Shown piece by piece: positions 7,245-15,431 of a stretch of DNA of 20,000 nt. The stretch lies in IMG/VR virus record IMGVR_UViG_2690315617_000001; one strand, 5' to 3'. Origin of the DNA: an uncultured virus (IMG/VR IMGVR_UViG_2690315617_000001) (taxonomy: Duplodnaviria > Heunggongvirae > Uroviricota > Caudoviricetes). The notes beneath the pieces are model-generated. The model ran no database searches. It had not been told where the DNA came from and was given only the letters and a program-made list of their open reading frames with translations. The position numbers and the translations under genes are program-made. Each line of letters begins with the position of its first letter. The stretch's first letter is position 1.

Positions 7245-7892
7245 ATGCTCGAACTGCTCGAACCCACCACCGTGAAACTCTCCAACGTCCAGACGCGTGT
7301 GGAAAAGCACGGCGACGAAGAAGTGATGGCCATCGACCTCGCTGTCGCCTGGAACACGAACAACCGCTCGCTGACGGCGATTCAGAAGCAGCTGCGCAAC
7401 GCGCTGTTCTGCAACCTCGCACAGGAGATCGACAGCCCTCAAGCCGAGATGGACCTGCCGGTCGACGAGATGCCGAACGTGCGCGTGCCCGGCATGGACT
7501 ACCCCGTGAAGCTGGACTTCCAGCAGATCGGGGCTCGCGTGGAGGTGGCCTACGGCATCGACGAAACCACGGCCATCGTGCTGCAGCTGTGCAAGGTGCA
7601 CAAGTTCCGGATCACGCCCATCGAGGGCGGCTCGGCCGAGGTGAAGTTCGCCATCTCGTCGGCATCCGAAATCGATGACCACATCATCGGCACGCTCTCG
7701 GTGCTGCAGCAGCGCGACATCTCCATCCAGCTGACCATGCCAGAGGTCGAGCAGCCTGAGAAGCCGCTCACCGAAGGTGACGTGTTCCCCGGCGCGCCGG
7801 CGAGTGAGCCCAAGAAGAAGCTCACGCCTGAAGACGTGTTTCTCGGCACCCACGCGCCCAGGGACACGGACGGCGAAGGCGAGGAAGCCTGA
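7245..7892 (+). CDS. Hypothetical phage protein (215 aa)
   Basis: AAAGG RBS, strong GC3 codon bias, acidic tail; no family recognised. Confidence 0.8.
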   Translation: MLELLEPTTVKLSNVQTRVEKHGDEEVMAIDLAVAWNTNNRSLTAIQKQLRNALFCNLAQEIDSPQAEMDLPVDEMPNVRVPGMDYPVKLDFQQIGARVEVAYGIDETTAIVLQLCKVHKFRITPIEGGSAEVKFAISSASEIDDHIIGTLSVLQQRDISIQLTMPEVEQPEKPLTEGDVFPGAPASEPKKKLTPEDVFLGTHAPRDTDGEGEEA

Positions 7893-7895
7893 CCC

Positions 7896-8063
7896 ATGGA
7901 CTTCACCGTCATCCCCATCGAGAAGGTGAAGGCCGCGTTCGCGCGCGCTCTCGCCATGAATCCTGACCGCGAGGCAGCCGCCCGCGCTGCGGCACAGGCC
8001 CTCGGCATCACTGCCGAGGCTGTGCGCGAGGTCGTTGAAACCATCACGAGCACCACAGCATGA
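7896..8063 (+). CDS. Small hypothetical protein (55 aa, MDFTVIPIEKVKAAF...)
   Basis: Below the ORF-track cutoff; fills the gap, and its TGA overlaps the methyltransferase ATG (ATGA at 8060-8063). Confidence 0.65.
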   Translation: MDFTVIPIEKVKAAFARALAMNPDREAAARAAAQALGITAEAVREVVETITSTTA

Positions 8064-10062
8064 ACATCGTCGAGATCCGGCACTTCCACGCCTTCGTGGG
8101 CCTCGGCGGCGGCGCGCGCGGCTTCAACAAGGCCAATCCTCGCGTCGGCAACCTGCAGGCGAAGTTCCGCTGCATCGGCGGCATCGACGTCGACGCGGCG
8201 GCCATCCGGGACTTCAACCGCCTGGCCAACGCTACGGGCACGGTGCTCGATCTCTTCGATCGCAGCCAGTTCGAGGCCTTCCACGGACGGCCGCCGCCGG
8301 CGGGCTGGGCCGAAGCGACCACTGCCGACATCCACCGCGCCGCCGGACACGAGCGGCCGCACATCGTCTTCCTGTCGGCGCCGTGCAAGGGCTTCAGCGG
8401 GTTGCTCTCGCAGACGAAGAGCCTCACCGACAAATACCAGGCGCTGAACCGCCTGACGTTGCGCGGCGTCTTCCTCATGCTCGAAGCCTGGAAGAACGAC
8501 CCGCCCGAACTGTTCGTATTCGAAAACGTGCCTCGCATCGCAACTCGCGGCAGGCACTTGCTTGACCAGATCACCGCCCTGCTGCGCAGCTACGGCTACG
8601 CGGTGGCCGAGACCACGCACGACTGCGGCGAACTCGGCGGCCTGGCGCAGAGCCGCAAGCGCTTCCTACTGGTGGCTCGGCACATCGAGAAGGTGCCGCC
8701 GTTCCTGTACGAGCCCGAGAAGAAGCCGCTGCGCGCTGTGGGCGACGTGCTCGGCAAGATGCTCATGCCGGGCGACCTGCGCGCGGGCCCGATGCACCGC
8801 ATCCCCGCGCTGCAATGGAAGACCTGGGTTCGTCTCGCGTTTGTCGAAGCTGGCAGCGACTGGCGCAGCCTGAACAAGCTGGCGGTGGAGAACGGGCATC
8901 TGCGCGACTACCTGATCGTGCCAAGCACGCAGGAAGGTACCGGCGCCTATGGCGTCAACCGCTGGGAGGATCACTCGAAGCTGGTAGCGGCCCGAGCAAT
9001 GGTCCGTTCTCGGTGGCAGATCCGCGTCAGCAACTCTACGCCGCTGGCTACGGCGTCACGCCCTGGGATGAGGCCAGCGGTGCCGTTGCTGGGGAGTCGC
9101 TGCCATCGAATGGGAAGTTCGCGGTGGCCGACCCACGCAGCCCAGCCGGCGCACTGCAGTATCAGCAATACGGCGTGCTCGACTGGGCCGAACCGATGGG
9201 CGCCGTGATTGGCGTGAAGTCGCCCGGCCAAGGCACCTTCAGTGTCGCTGATCCACGCGGGCCGCAAGACCGCAAGCCCTTCGCCAAGTACGCGGTGACG
9301 GAATGGGATTCAAGCACCGGTACGGTAATCGGCGGTGACGACTCAGGCGCCTATGCGGTGCAGGATCCGCGCGCCAGCGGAGTACGTCACAACAACGTGT
9401 TCCGCGTGGTGCCCTGGGATAAGCCAGGCACGACGGTCACGGCCGGAACCGGTCCATCTGCCGGCGGCACAGCAGTTGCCGATCCTCGGCAGCCGGGTCT
9501 GCCCTTCAGCAAGTACTCGGTGACCGGCTTCGACGAGCCGGCAGGTACGGTGATCAGCGGCAGCACGACCGGCCAGGGTGCATTCGCGGTTGCGGACCCA
9601 CGCAGCGGCATTCAGCGCGGCAAGGGCGACAACTACCTGACGGCAGGCCACTACGGAGTGATGCCGTGGACCGAGCCCGCCGGCGCTGTGAGCGCGGCTG
9701 CTGGCCATGACAACGGCCGGTGGAGCGTTGCCGACCCACGCATGCCCGCCCCAGCCGACAAGGTCGTGTGCCGCATCCAGGCACTCGACGGCACCTGGCA
9801 CCGTCCGTTCACCACGCTGGAGCTCGCCGCGCTGCAGTCGCTGTTCGATCCGGAAGAGAAGTTCGAGCTCGACGGGCTGAGCGATCAGGCCTGGCGTGAG
9901 CGCATTGGCAATGCTGTCCCCAGCGATGCCGCCTGCGCGATCGGCGAAGTGATGGGCACGACGCTGCTGCTGGCCATGAGCGGTGAGACCTTCATGCTGT
10001 CGGCCCAGCCGATCTGGGTGCGCGATGTCGCGATGGCGCTGACCATGCCGGGGGCGCAGTGA
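8060..10062 (+). pseudogene. C5-cytosine DNA methyltransferase with a repeat-expanded variable region, split by a frameshift at about 8984-8990
   Basis: Frame starting at 8060 has motif I (AFVGLGGG), IV (SAPCKGFS), VI (FENVP) and VIII (QSRKRFLL). The -1 frame carries the V(A/Q)DPR repeats and motifs IX (RPFTTLELAALQS) and X (RIGNAVP). Could be a real lesion or a sequencing/assembly error. Confidence 0.85.
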
Positions 10063-10496
10063 TGACTTCACGTCTGTCCGAAACCACTGGCACTGTCGGC
10101 ATCCTGAACGTGGGGGACGGCGACACCAAGCTGTCGTTCGACCCCACCAATCCTGCCGAGCGGATCCGCGCCGCTCGCATCGTGCGCGACATGCTGCGCC
10201 GCGGCTATGCGCTGCTCGTGGAGGTCGAGGTGGACGGCGAGAAGAAGTTCGTTCGCGCCACCGACTTCGACGAAACCGTCTGCGAATACATCGTCGCCGA
10301 CTTTGACCCCATCACGGCTGCTGAGGCCGACGCAGCCGAGGAAGAACGACATGACCAACAAGACCAAGCTCAATCGCGCCCAACGACGACAGCAGGAGCG
10401 CCAACAGCGCCGCGCCGCGGGCGCCCACCAGGCAAGCGCGCAGTCGCGGCCGAGAGCACACGCGCCGTCGTCGTCGCTCCAGTCGCGGGCGGATAG
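10062..10496 (+). CDS. Hypothetical protein ending in VVVAPVAGG (C-terminal di-glycine), 144 aa
   Basis: TGATG coupling to the methyltransferase stop; normal codon bias. Confidence 0.75.
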   Translation: MTSRLSETTGTVGILNVGDGDTKLSFDPTNPAERIRAARIVRDMLRRGYALLVEVEVDGEKKFVRATDFDETVCEYIVADFDPITAAEADAAEEERHDQQDQAQSRPTTTAGAPTAPRRGRPPGKRAVAAESTRAVVVAPVAGG

Positions 10497-11196
10497 CATC
10501 GCGCACCTGGAGCAATTCGACGGCCACGCGTTCCTGCGCAACAAGTTGCGCGAAGTCGCGCATGCCCGTGGTGACTGGGCTGGCATCCCCATGCCACTGG
10601 CGGATGAGCGCCTTGTGGTGGAGCCTCGCTACCCGAACGCCCAGGCTCTGATGGCGATGAGCGGCAAGGCCGAAGAGGTCGACGACAGCGGCGCCAAGCA
10701 GGTCAACAGCTGGTACTGCAGCCGGCGGCGCTGTGACATCGTGGTCTTCCGGCTGCCGGATGGCCGCACCGATTGGGGCGTTGAACGGGCATTCCACTCG
10801 CTGCCATTCGCTCTGAGCACCCTCAACTGCGCAGAGGCTTGGGGTATCGAGCAGGAGAGCAACGCTGTCAATCTGCTCGGCACCCTGGTGAGCCATCGCC
10901 AGTTCAAGCAATACATGCTGACCGGCATGTTCATCGAGAGCAGCAAGCGCTCCGGTGTGTTCTACCTGTTCCGCCGGCTGCGGCCCACCGTGGCGATCTG
11001 CGCCGATGGCACCACCACGCGGATCCTGTGCGCGCTTTGCATGCACCCGATCGCCTACTACGCGCGGTCGTGGGCAGGCGCAATGACGCCGACCGATGAC
11101 GTCGTAGCCCACTTGATGCTGATGCGCGGCGACGAGCCGATGTTCTGGCGCCGTTCGACACAGCACCCAGCATGGCGCCCGGAGGCAGGACTGTGA
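10351..11196 (+). CDS. Hypothetical protein with LCALCMHP and PTDD..AHL..RGDE motifs (up to 281 aa)
   Basis: ATG 10351 after GAGGA; overlaps the previous gene by 146 nt; start uncertain. Confidence 0.75.
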   Translation: MTNKTKLNRAQRRQQERQQRRAAGAHQASAQSRPRAHAPSSSLQSRADSIAHLEQFDGHAFLRNKLREVAHARGDWAGIPMPLADERLVVEPRYPNAQALMAMSGKAEEVDDSGAKQVNSWYCSRRRCDIVVFRLPDGRTDWGVERAFHSLPFALSTLNCAEAWGIEQESNAVNLLGTLVSHRQFKQYMLTGMFIESSKRSGVFYLFRRLRPTVAICADGTTTRILCALCMHPIAYYARSWAGAMTPTDDVVAHLMLMRGDEPMFWRRSTQHPAWRPEAGL

Positions 11197-11339
11197 TGGG
11201 CGTCACCGACCGCCACATGGCCCGCGTGTACCTCGCGCAGGCCCGAGCCACGCCGCATGCCGGCTGGCGCGCCACTCTGCTGGGCTGGGCGAAGAAGCGC
11301 CGCGTGGCAGGGCATCGCGGCCAACGGAGCTTGTTCTGA
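11196..11339 (+). CDS. Small basic protein (47 aa) ending in QRSLF
   Basis: TGATG-coupled at both ends; MGVTDRHMARVYLAQARATPHAGWRATLLGWAKKRRVAGHRGQRSLF. Confidence 0.65.
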   Translation: MGVTDRHMARVYLAQARATPHAGWRATLLGWAKKRRVAGHRGQRSLF

Positions 11340-12571
11340 TGCGCGCGCACCAATCCACATTCTTCGATGACGGCCAGCGCCTGCAGATGACCGAGAGCAT
11401 CGAGCTCACGGTGCAGTCGCTGCAGGCCTACGGGCCCGACCACCCGCACTGGGGCATCGCCTGGTCTGGTGGCAAAGACAGCAGCGCGACGCTGACGATC
11501 GTTATCTGGCTGATCGATACCGGCCGGATCAAGGCACCGAAGACGCTCACCGTCTTCTACGCCGACACGCGACAAGAACTGCCGCCGCTGGCCATCGCCG
11601 CCGCCCAGATCATGGACGAGCTGCGCGAGCGCGGCATCCAGGTCGAGGTCGTGACGGCGCCGATGGACAAGCGTTTCATGGTCTACATCCTCGGCCGTGG
11701 CGTGCCACCGCCGAACAACAACACGCTGCGCTGGTGCACGCGCCAGATCAAGATCGACCCGATGGAGCAGGCGCTGCGCGATCGCATCGAACAGCTCGAA
11801 GGTCAGATCCTGATGATCACGGGCGTGCGCCAAGGCGAGAGCGCCATCCGCGACCGCCGCATTGAGATGTCGTGCGGCAAGGATGGCGCCGAGTGCGGCC
11901 AAGGCTGGTATCAGCAGGTGTTGCCCAACGCCAAGGGCCTGCGCGGCCGCCTGGCCACGCTGGCGCCGCTGCTGCACTGGCGCGTGTGCCACGTCTGGGA
12001 ATGGCTCAAGCACTGGGCGCCGCAGGCGGAGTTCGGCGACTGGAGCACGGCCATGATCGCCGACGCCTACGGCGGCGACGAGGCGGAAGAGATCAACGCG
12101 CGCACGGGGTGCACGGGCTGCCCGCTGGCTGCCGAAGACACCGCGCTGAACACCGTGCTGCTGCTGCCGAAGTGGAGCCACCTGCAGCCGCTAACCGGCA
12201 TCAAACCCCTGTGGCGCGAATTGCGTGAGCCGAAGCACCGGATCAAGAAGGCTGGGCTCGAGCGGCTTAAGGACGGGAGCATCGCGAAGAACCCACAGCG
12301 CATGGGGCCGCTCACGCTCGAAGCCCGTCAGATGGGCCTCGACCGGATCCTCGGCATCCAGGCCGCCTGCAACGACGCGGCCGCGGCGCTGGGCCGCCCG
12401 CAGATCAGCCTGATCAATCCGGAGGAGGAAGCCCGCATCCGCGAGCTGATCGCCGCCGGCACATGGCCCGATGGCTGGGAGGGCGACGAGCCTGCTGCCG
12501 ACACGGTCATGCCCATCGTCTACCAAAACGGCGCCGTGCAGCCTTTGCTGTTTAGTGCGGAGGACGCGTGA
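11339..12571 (+). CDS. PAPS reductase-family (PP-loop) protein, DndC-like (410 aa)
   Basis: AWSGGKDSS PP-loop, YADTRQE, RWCTRQIKIDP, TGVRQGESAIRD and RTGCTGCP motifs. Confidence 0.85.
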   Translation: MRAHQSTFFDDGQRLQMTESIELTVQSLQAYGPDHPHWGIAWSGGKDSSATLTIVIWLIDTGRIKAPKTLTVFYADTRQELPPLAIAAAQIMDELRERGIQVEVVTAPMDKRFMVYILGRGVPPPNNNTLRWCTRQIKIDPMEQALRDRIEQLEGQILMITGVRQGESAIRDRRIEMSCGKDGAECGQGWYQQVLPNAKGLRGRLATLAPLLHWRVCHVWEWLKHWAPQAEFGDWSTAMIADAYGGDEAEEINARTGCTGCPLAAEDTALNTVLLLPKWSHLQPLTGIKPLWRELREPKHRIKKAGLERLKDGSIAKNPQRMGPLTLEARQMGLDRILGIQAACNDAAAALGRPQISLINPEEEARIRELIAAGTWPDGWEGDEPAADTVMPIVYQNGAVQPLLFSAEDA

Positions 12572-12573
12572 TG

Positions 12574-12828
12574 TCAGGCCAAATTCCACATCGCCATGAC
12601 CTCGTGCACGCCGATGCCAGCCAACTTGCGGTAGCCCTGATCTCCGGTCACGCCGCGGATGCCCCAGTTGCAACCACGCTCGTCGGGCTCAGCGAGACGG
12701 TGGGGAAGCTGCACGGTGACCGTGCCCGCATCTTCGGGGTCCCACGATTGCGCAATCCGAGCGTCAAGGCGGCGCTGCACCTCATCGCGGATCTCTTCGG
12801 CTGTCTTCAGCTCTCGTTCGCGGGACAT
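12574..12828 (-). CDS. Small hypothetical protein (84 aa), inverted cassette gene 3
   Basis: GAGGAG RBS on the minus strand; shares a K/R-T-A..I/L...R...NW...(W/F)xL layout with its neighbour. Confidence 0.7.
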   Translation of the reverse strand: MSRERELKTAEEIRDEVQRRLDARIAQSWDPEDAGTVTVQLPHRLAEPDERGCNWGIRGVTGDQGYRKLAGIGVHEVMAMWNLA

Positions 12829-12867
12829 AGGGGTCTCCTCAGAGTGGAGCCCGAAGTATCGCGCGGC

Positions 12868-13110
12868 TCAATCCTCAAGGTCGAACTGCATCTGCAGTTG
12901 GCGAATGATCCGCGCAATGTCCGGCCGGTGGGTGGCGCGGTCGGTCAACACCGGAACGGTCCAGTTCGGCTCGCCGTCGCTGCCGCCGCCGGTACCCACG
13001 ACTCCGCCGCGGTGAACGTCGGTCACCTGACCACGCAGATCCGGGACGGCCTCGATGCGCTCAAGCAGCAGCTGATGCAGCTGCTTGGCGGTGCGGGTGG
13101 GCTTGGGCAT
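12868..13110 (-). CDS. Small hypothetical protein (80 aa), inverted cassette gene 2
   Basis: AGG RBS; apparent distant paralog of 12574-12828. Confidence 0.7.
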   Translation of the reverse strand: MPKPTRTAKQLHQLLLERIEAVPDLRGQVTDVHRGGVVGTGGGSDGEPNWTVPVLTDRATHRPDIARIIRQLQMQFDLED

Positions 13111-13119
13111 CTTCGCCTA

Positions 13120-13413
13120 TCAGATCTTCACTTCGCGTTGAAAACCGCCATCGCGCGGCGTGAGGTGTTGCACGGCCATCTGCATGCCTTGCTCAAACGC
13201 GCGGTTCAGAGAGTTGGCGCGGTGCTGGCTCGGCACGTCGAACAGCCTGGCCTTCTGGCCATCAGGCGCTATCAAGTAGACGTGGAAAGGCCAGTTGTCG
13301 TGGGTCACGTCGTACCCGGACACCACCTCGATCTTCGTGCCCTTGTATTCGCCTTCCAGCACGTTGCGCGGACCCGTTGCCGTCTGTATTGGCTTCTTGA
13401 TATCAGGGTGCAT
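13120..13413 (-). CDS. Small hypothetical protein (97 aa; alternative start 13425), inverted cassette gene 1
   Basis: GGAG precedes the ATG at 13413 on the minus strand; globular-looking sequence (EGEYKGTKIEVVSGYD...WPFHVYLI). Confidence 0.7.
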   Translation of the reverse strand: MHPDIKKPIQTATGPRNVLEGEYKGTKIEVVSGYDVTHDNWPFHVYLIAPDGQKARLFDVPSQHRANSLNRAFEQGMQMAVQHLTPRDGGFQREVKI

Positions 13414-13442
13414 TTCAGTCTCCATTTTGTGAGGACCGCAGT

Positions 13443-13643
13443 ATGAACCTCCTCGACACCTCCCCCGACCGCGTGCGCGCAGCGCAGATCCAGCACGTGC
13501 AGATGGACCTGCAGCGCCTCGTGGACTACGCCCGGGCCCACGGCCTGGTGCTCACCGTCTGGCTCGAATCGCATCAGCCGCCGGCGATGGGTGGTTACGA
13601 CATGCGCTCCGAAGTTCGGGAGGCCCGCCATGGCGCCGCCTGA
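13443..13643 (+). CDS. Small hypothetical phage protein (66 aa)
   Basis: GAGGA RBS; overlaps the next start. Confidence 0.7.
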   Translation: MNLLDTSPDRVRAAQIQHVQMDLQRLVDYARAHGLVLTVWLESHQPPAMGGYDMRSEVREARHGAA

Positions 13644-14451
13644 AGTCATCAGCACCACGCCTCTGCGCGTGCACGAGGTATCGCCTGTGGCCGATGTTGT
13701 GCGGAAATCGCCCGGGAGCGATGCGCCGCGCGAGCGCCCCATTCTTTTCTCGGCGCCCATGGTGCGCGCGCTGCTCGACGGCACGAAGACGCAGACGCGC
13801 CGCGTGGTCAAAGGGCTGAGCGACAAGATGTGGATCGAGGCAACTGCGGCCGATGGCTTCGCGGTCTGCTACGACAGCGAGCCATCCTGCGGCACCGGCA
13901 CCTGGGAAGTCACTGAGCATTCGCAACCCATCACCTGCCCGTATGGTCTGCCCGGCGACCGGCTGTGGGTCAAAGAGACGTGGCGCACTGCTGCCTCGCT
14001 GGATGGGAAGTCACCATCATCCATCGCCATGTCCTGCATTGATGCGGGATACCGCAAGCCATGGGCGCCCTTGGCATACGAGGCTGACGGGCACCGCAAC
14101 AGCGAGTGGCGCGGGTTCGAGCTCAATGGAGAGGCCGAGCCGGGCAAGACCCGCGTGAGCATCCACATGCCCCGCTGGGCCAGCCGCATCGACCTCGAAG
14201 TCACCAGCGTGCGTGTCGAGCGTCTGCAGGACATCAGTGAAGAAGACGCGCGCGCCGAGGGCATAAGCGCTCATCGCAAGGGCGGCTGGCACTGGGAACA
14301 ACCGCCGGCCGGCATCGAAGGCACCAACCACTTCGGTTTCAAGACGGCACGCGATGCCTACCGCGCGCTGTGGGAGCAGATCAACGGCGCCGGCAGCTGG
14401 GCCGCCAACCCATGGGTCTGGGTGGTCGAGTTCCGGAGGATCCGGCCATGA
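13630..14451 (+). CDS. Conserved phage protein, ASCH/PUA-like family (273 aa)
   Basis: ERPILFSAPMVRALLDGTKTQTRR, CPYG.PGDRLWVKETW, SIHMPRWASRI.LEVT.VRVERLQDISEEDARAEG and W.ANPWVWVVEF motifs; GGAGG RBS. Confidence 0.8.
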   Translation: MAPPEVISTTPLRVHEVSPVADVVRKSPGSDAPRERPILFSAPMVRALLDGTKTQTRRVVKGLSDKMWIEATAADGFAVCYDSEPSCGTGTWEVTEHSQPITCPYGLPGDRLWVKETWRTAASLDGKSPSSIAMSCIDAGYRKPWAPLAYEADGHRNSEWRGFELNGEAEPGKTRVSIHMPRWASRIDLEVTSVRVERLQDISEEDARAEGISAHRKGGWHWEQPPAGIEGTNHFGFKTARDAYRALWEQINGAGSWAANPWVWVVEFRRIRP

Positions 14452-14666
14452 AGCGCTTCCGCTGGACCCGCGCGAAGTATCGACATGCCGCCCACCTGGC
14501 GCGGTTCTTCGCCCGATTCATCTACTGCCTTCCCGACGAGAAGCCAGCGCTGCTCGAACGCTACTTCGATCTGTGGGAACGGCGTCCCCAGTCGGAAGAC
14601 CCTCTGCTGACACCGCTGTGGATTCGCCGGGATCGCTTCAAGAGCGATGACGGCATCCCGTTCTAG
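14448..14666 (+). CDS. Small hypothetical protein (72 aa) ending in DDGIPF
   Basis: GGAGG RBS and ATGA overlap with the previous stop. Confidence 0.7.
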   Translation: MKRFRWTRAKYRHAAHLARFFARFIYCLPDEKPALLERYFDLWERRPQSEDPLLTPLWIRRDRFKSDDGIPF

Positions 14667-14677
14667 GAGCCGATGCC

Positions 14678-14908
14678 ATGACCACACCAGGATTCGGCGC
14701 CTTCTCCAGCGCGGTGGCGCGCGCCAAGGCGGACATCTTCCGCCGCCACTTCGACCCCGCAACGCTGCGCCCTGCCGAGACCGTGAAGGCCTCTATGCAG
14801 TGCGTCCGTTGCGGCGGACTTCTTACGTACACCGCCAGCGCGGTCGACGGCCGGATGACTGGCCGCTGCTCGAGCGCGGGCTGCCTCCAATGGAAGGACC
14901 TTGCATGA
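14678..14908 (+). CDS. Small zinc-ribbon-like protein (76 aa)
   Basis: AGGAG RBS; CVRCGG ... CSSAGC. Confidence 0.7.
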   Translation: MTTPGFGAFSSAVARAKADIFRRHFDPATLRPAETVKASMQCVRCGGLLTYTASAVDGRMTGRCSSAGCLQWKDLA

Positions 14909-15183
14909 CCTCCGAATCCCACCCCACCCCCTCCAGAGAGACTGCAGAGATTGCAGGGCAATGGCAGCCGATTGAGACGGCGCCAAAGGATGGAACAAGC
15001 ATCCTTCTCTATACATCCGAAGGGATCATCGAAGGATATTGGTCCCACAACGATTGGGAGCAATCACCTTGCCATGCCACATATGACGGGTGTGGTGGCG
15101 TTGCAATCAATTGCCGCCCAACGCACTGGATGCCCCTCCCAGCCCCGCCAACTATCGCCTGCGCCACTGGGGGACAGCAATGA
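14905..15183 (+). CDS. DUF551-like phage protein (92 aa)
   Basis: WQPIETAPKDGT.ILL ... PTHWMPLPAPP signature; ATGA coupling. Confidence 0.8.
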   Translation: MTSESHPTPSRETAEIAGQWQPIETAPKDGTSILLYTSEGIIEGYWSHNDWEQSPCHATYDGCGGVAINCRPTHWMPLPAPPTIACATGGQQ

Positions 15184-15395
15184 CCCGCATCCGCTTTCAA
15201 GAAGTCGCCATCAAAGCAACTCGCCGTTGGGTGGATGCAGATGGAAAGAAGCGCCAAGAGACGCAGAAGTTCTGGCAGACCATCTCGCCATTTAACAAGC
15301 GCCCGGACGGTACTTTGAAGACCGAAGCGGACATCGAACGCGAGATCACGGCGCAACGTGACGCATGGCTCGCCACTGGAGACCAGCAATCATGA
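15180..15395 (+). CDS. Small hypothetical phage protein (71 aa)
   Basis: ATGA coupling; KFWQTISPFNK.DG.LKT motif. Confidence 0.7.
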   Translation: MTRIRFQEVAIKATRRWVDADGKKRQETQKFWQTISPFNKRPDGTLKTEADIEREITAQRDAWLATGDQQS

Positions 15396-15404
15396 CCACC
15401 AACG
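15389..15404 (+). repeat. 16-bp direct repeat, copy 1 (ATCATGACCACCAACG)
   Basis: Identical to 16178-16193; the two copies flank the amino-methyltransferase gene. Confidence 0.85.
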
Positions 15405-15431
15405 CGTTTCAAACTGAATAAGGCAGCAAAA

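Noticed and set aside
8975..9003. Programmed -1 frameshift or phase-variable tract in the methyltransferase
   Set aside because: No X XXY YYZ heptamer, homopolymer or short tandem repeat at the junction.
7074..12181. Long minus-strand ORFs (7074-7853, 7550-8620, 9343-10071, 10312-11166, 10931-12181)
   Set aside because: Same antisense-shadow artefact opposite motif-bearing + strand genes.
11339..12571. Complete Dnd/Ssp phosphorothioation system or sulfate-assimilation cysH operon
   Set aside because: No dndA/B/D/E, ssp or cys neighbours are recognisable in the window.
12574..13413. Inverted cassette as a known toxin-antitoxin or named defence system
   Set aside because: No recognisable toxin or defence motifs; kept only as an unknown moron-like cassette.
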